Shown here one piece after another: positions 59,025 through 64,000 of a stretch of 64,000 nucleotides of DNA (position 1 is the stretch's first letter; each line of letters starts with the position of its first letter). The DNA is from Macrostomum lignano. Taxonomy: Eukaryota. Below the pieces are notes generated by a model. The model had not been told where the DNA came from and made no database searches. It saw only the letters and a list, made by a program, of their open reading frames with translations. Position numbers and translations under genes: made by a program. The stretch spans positions 248,001-312,000 of the forward strand of contig NIVC01000957.1 in assembly GCA_002269645.1 (NCBI GenBank), in the 5' to 3' direction.

Positions 59025-61873
59025 TAGGGTGTCCAGTGAGCCTATTTTTAGCGTGTGCAAAAATGAAAAAAACGTGAAAAAGTGGTCTTCTTTAAATGGC
59101 TGTAACTTTTTTAATATGTAAGATATGGCTATGCTCTTAAATTCATTGAAAAATAGACAAATAGATCTTTCAAACAACATATAGTTTACATGTTTAGGAC
59201 ATACAATTACAAAGATACAGACTGTCAAACATCGTGTACATTTTCATACATTTTCAAAACTGTGCCAAATTTGCTTGAAAATATGGGGTCGGGAGGATTC
59301 GTTTTTTAGTAAATGAGTGCATAACTGCTAAGAATGCTTGCACACTGAGTGTAGGTAACTTCCTGGAGGTCATTTTAAGTGAACTTTTTTTGTTCAAAAA
59401 TATGTACATGTACATGTACATGTAAAATTTAAAATGGTCATAACTTTTGAATGGAAAGAGCGGCCACCCTAGTTCTTTTTGCTACTTACTTCTAGTGACA
59501 AAATAAAACTTTTAGGCTAGACAGGATGAGTGTAACTCTTGCCGCAGTATGCTTAATGGAAATCGCCAAAATACATGCAAATCCCCATAAGGGACATAAA
59601 AATCGGGAAATTTTTGAAGCTCGAAAGAATGGCCAGTTAGTTTCTTCGATAAAATGATAGCAAAACAGGCCAAACTCTTTGTCCTAAAGGCACATCCTGG
59701 TAGCTTTTGCCGCACCAAAGTTATTAAGCATAATTGGCACAGGTGTACATGCAAAATACACTACAGAGATAGGAAAAATGTACATTGAGGGGTTGTACAT
59801 TCGAAAAGAAGTCATATATGCAATTTTTTTTAAAAATGATAGCAGGACTTAGGATATACTTCAACTTTTATGCATTTCTCACTAATCCATCCTTTACTTG
59901 CAGATATTGCAGATGCCAGACACGCTGCACCTACATAGTATACAGTAGCTGCTATGAGCGCCTGACAAGCTCATGGTGCAGCTTTCTACACAGTCTCCTC
60001 TGATCATTCCAGCTGGGCCCGAAGATCGCGCTTCGAAGCTTCTTGAAGGCCTGCATCGGCGCCCCTCTTCTCTAAAGGGGACGAGGCAACAGCAGCAGCA
60101 GAGAAATGTTGGCAAACTGGCGTGCTGGAAGTCGACTCTGGTGCAGTTGCAGCTGGGACCACTGCAGGAAAGACAAATATCTGGTCCATGTAGATGGCCC
60201 AGGGACTCTGCTTGCCAGCAGCTTTCTCGCGCACCTTCGACCTCAACAGGTCCCGCGTTTTTTTCCTTCACTTTCGTTACTGCCTGCCACAGCCACAGGT
60301 TATAAAGTTATAAAGTACGTCTGGTTCAGTGTATATAGACAGACTGATACATTTTGCCAAGCTAATTAATACAGTATTAAAGCACTAAAATGGAGCAGCT
60401 GAGTAAAAGCTGGGCTGACTAAAAGGGTTCTCAGTCAATTCAGCTTCTGGCAGACAAACTGACTGGGAATGAAAACGGGAGCAGACGAATCGAGTGTCAT
60501 ACTCTCATAATGTACATGTACATAATACAATGTAATCACGCTGTGTAGTGTACTGCCCCCAAGATTGTTAGATTACTACGAGCGAGTCACCAATGCGACA
60601 CTTTATCGCCGAACTGGTGTCCGTCTTAGCAAACTGTTGCGCAGTTGGCGACTCCAGTCTCTAGCTGCCAGGCCATGTCAACCAAGCTGATTCGTATTGC
60701 CCGCAGCTGGTGCTGATGCTGCTGACACTGTAGGCACTGTAATACTGGAGAGGAAAGGCACGCACTCGCATTTTATTGACTGCATGCCGGCTGATGCAGC
60801 TGACACCCTTGACACTGCCAATGATGCGACCTATACATTCGTGTCAAAGCCCTGAAACCCACCCTGTAACATTGTCTCGATCATGCCTGACTGGCTTGAC
60901 TGTAGTAACTACAGTTGTAGTACTGTAGTAGACTAATAGTACAATGAGAAGACCAGCACAGCAGACGAAATGTTCATTTAGATATTTGCTGACGAGCTGA
61001 CTGCAGATGAATTGGTAGCAGACAAATTGACTGGATTACAACGGAAAGCTATTGTGCTGAAAAGTGGACACAGTGAACAAGTAAATGAATAAAATAATGC
61101 AGGTAAACTGTAACTAGGTAGATTCAATTGCTGAATTCGGGCATGGCCTTTTCAAACATGAAAGTACATGATTTAGTAACATATTACTTAGTAAAGCATT
61201 GATTCATTACAATTGTCAGATGGACTACAAAAAGTTTTTAATGACTTCAGCATGAAGATAGAAGATAAGGATTGACAGGAGCTACATCGATTTTTGACAA
61301 CCAGAGTGGTACTTTAGAAGACCCATTTTCATGGAAATAATGGTCAACTATTTGCATACTACTTACAGTAGAAAGTAAAAAATCTTACTAATTATAGTAT
61401 ACAAGTATTACTTTAACATGAAAGTAATACAAATTAAGGTTAATAGAAAGAATACCATGATAAAGCCAAAAAGTGGTACTCTAGAAAAAAAAATTTTCTT
61501 CCCTTTTTCTGTCTTAATCCGCAGATATCTGCATATATAGAACAGTAAATATGTACAAAAATATCAAAAAATGTTATGGTAACAAAAATCTACAAAATAA
61601 CATCTAAAACACTAAAATCGGTTATGAAATAAAAAAGTTACAGACATTTTACTGCAAAAAACATGCTTTTTTGCCCAAAAATGGCACAGTTTTTAGTGTA
61701 TTTGAGATAGGAAAAAAACACCATTTTTTTGAAATGAAAAACTTCATAACTTTTTTATTACTTGATCAATTTTTAAAAGTCTAGTGTCATTTCACTCATA
61801 ATACCCAGGGCTGCAATATGGCTTGATTAAAAATTTGGTTTTTGAAAAAAAAATTTTCTCACTGGACCCCCTA
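59025..61873. mobile_element. Non-autonomous TIR DNA transposon, hAT-like termini (TAGGG), 7-bp TSD
   Basis: TIRs TAGGGTGTCCAGTGAG (59025-59040) and CTCACTGGACCCCCTA (61858-61873) match 15/16; flanked by GTAAGGT at 59018-59024 and 61874-61880; no transposase ORF recognised. Confidence 0.82.
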
Positions 61874-64000
61874 GTAAGGTCAAGGTATAAAATGAGATTT
61901 AATTTAACAGCTAAATACAAGGGATGCTTCTTAATCTCAATTGACAATCGCTAATCATGTTCACTATCGCACTGAGAAAATACAAAAAAGTTATATTTTC
62001 AGACTTCTAGAAAATTTCTATAAAAAATCTTAAAAATATTAAAGTGCTTAGAAACTTGTTAAAAGATCATTCTTCTTGATTGCCAAGTCGTCAAAACAAG
62101 GACGACTTTGTGCTTTAACTTAAGTACTATTTAAAGTCGCCCTGATGCCTGATTGCGTTTTTTCCTACATAGTTAACGCTAATTTAATAAAGTACTAGAA
62201 AAAATAAACCTTAAAATGAATTAAAATTTATTATTCAAACTTCTCATTTTAAAAGTCTACTCAATTTATTTTATTGAGAAGTGTTTAACAAATTTTACCT
62301 CTTTCTTTTTACTTAGTAGAAATTTAGGCTTAAACTTAAAGCTTTTTGTCTTTAAAATAAAGCGGGTCATCTATTTTTCTATTATGTTACCAGTTTCAGT
62401 TTCCTATCTATTCTCGAGACCGGCGACTGTTGAGCGGTGGCGTCGAAGTCATTTCTAGATGCTGTGCTAACCTGAACTCTGAAGAAAAAAATGTGTACGG
62501 CCAGATGTTACTTCAAACGGTTAAAGTAACGGTCATGTACGCTTGTATCTTTACGCGACTTTAGTTTGATAACTATAACTTAACAGTTCCTCTGGTCGCT
62601 TTAAAGTCATTTAGTTAGGCTAGGGCCGCTAGGCCTATAGGCTACTTGCTGAAAGCATGTATACACAGGGGCAGGGCCTATTTTTAATTATAAATTAGGC
62701 CCTAGTTCAACAGTTATTGTCATTGAATTAGAATTATAATGAATTAGGCCTATTAGGCCCTAGAGCCTAGCAAGAGAGCTCTAGGCCCTATTGCTTTGCT
62801 AGGACCTGTTATTTAGCCCTTTTTAGTAGGTAGGCATAGGCCTAGGCCTAGAAGAATAGAAGAATAGGCCTAGGCCTAGTCAATTGCTAGGGTTTAGGGT
62901 AGGCTAGAAGATACCTAGGCTATGACCCTTTTCTTCATTTGCCTTGATCTTAACTTTTAAAACACTTTAAAAACCATTTACTAACATTAAAACTGACCTG
63001 TGCTGTAAAAATGTACATAGACATCAGACATGTGCATGATTCTGCATGATACTCATTCACCCCTCACCTCTTGGTCAGCCACCCCATAATTTTGTTGTCT
63101 AGTATACAGCCACCTTACTCCCACTATGTATATTTTAATATCAGTTTTAATGTTGGTAAAAACTGATTAGCCAAAATTATAACTTATATACTATTTTAAT
63201 AAAAATTATGCCTACAAATTATGATATATTATGTATAATAGATAGCTACATTATCTAATTGTCTATGTCTAAAGACTTATCCCTAAGCTAGGCCTAGCTT
63301 ACCACAATTTTTTATGTTGTTAGCTAAGCTGCTAAATTAGCCAAGTTGCTTATATCACTAATTAATAACTAGGCCCTAATATACTTTTGTATAGGCCTAT
63401 AATATATCAATGATCAAAAGTTTAATAGTTTATAAAACTAAATCTCAAAATATACTATTCTACTATACCTTAACTTTATTAATATTAGAACTATACAATA
63501 TGCCTCTTGAAAATTAAATAAATAATGTCAATTTTTATGATAAACTTTTAATTAAAAGTTACCTTAAAGCTTCCATTAAAACTATTCTCTGACTTTAGCC
63601 TATGCTACCCCAGCTAATGCAAGTGGTTTTAAGCTATATAACTTGCATCAAAGCTATAAATAGTATTTCAAAAGTTATGAAATTTTTTTATCTAGCCCTA
63701 GGCCTTTTAATTGAAAAAAATGTTTATAAACAAATAAATATAAATGACAACAATATTTTAAGCTTTTTATAATTTATATTCAGTTGTGCAATGCATGCAG
63801 CTAGATCTATTTTTTTATCACAATGTTATTAGCTTATAGAAAAAAAACTGGCTATCCTGTAGTTTCGCACGTTTAATTATTTCCGGAATTATTTCGCCCT
63901 CTATTCAAGGGTGGTGGGGGGTGGGGGTTGGAATTAAACGTGAGAAACTATAGGTTAGCCAAAAAACCTAAAATTTAAATCAGGACCATTAAAATCAATT

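Noticed and set aside
59894-60369. Cluster of overlapping ORFs inside the TAGGG TIR element as a transposase remnant
   Set aside because: No hAT or other transposase motifs were recognised in any frame.
60560-60690. Possible LINE RT C-terminal scrap (YERVTNATLYRRTG..LSKLLRSWRL)
   Set aside because: Too short and degenerate to support a call.

Overview
Repeat-rich eukaryotic (animal) genomic DNA with GT-AG introns, many minisatellites and interstitial TTAGGG repeats. The style resembles a free-living flatworm such as Macrostomum, which is an inference only. From left to right it contains: (1) the 5' five exons of an SLC24/NCKX K+-dependent Na+/Ca2+ exchanger on the minus strand, with several introns filled by different minisatellites; (2) a minus-strand gene fusing a DEAH-box RNA helicase (one 4.3-kb exon) to RING1-IBR modules of an RBR-type E3 ligase; (3) a 6.2-kb 22-bp satellite with a 2419-bp higher-order duplication, flanked by telomere-repeat-bearing composite units; (4) a decayed piggyBac transposase; (5) a head-to-head inverted duplication (about 31.1-36.5 kb and 44.4-52.0 kb) of a MACPF pore-forming-toxin-like gene (signal peptide, MACPF with a glycine zipper, beta domain, Cys-rich repeat stalk, variable C-terminal domain). 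The two copies have complementary lesions: the right copy has MACPF but ATT instead of ATG and a late frameshift; the left copy has the ATG and intact tip, has lost MACPF, and is back in frame except for one TGA. The middles are about 97-98% identical while the tip domains are about 30% identical; (6) a Tc1 element with a nested Crypton-like tyrosine-recombinase relic; (7) a 2.85-kb TIR element with a 7-bp target-site duplication. No rRNA, confident tRNA or CRISPR array was found. Domain names come from motif recognition by eye, not from searches.
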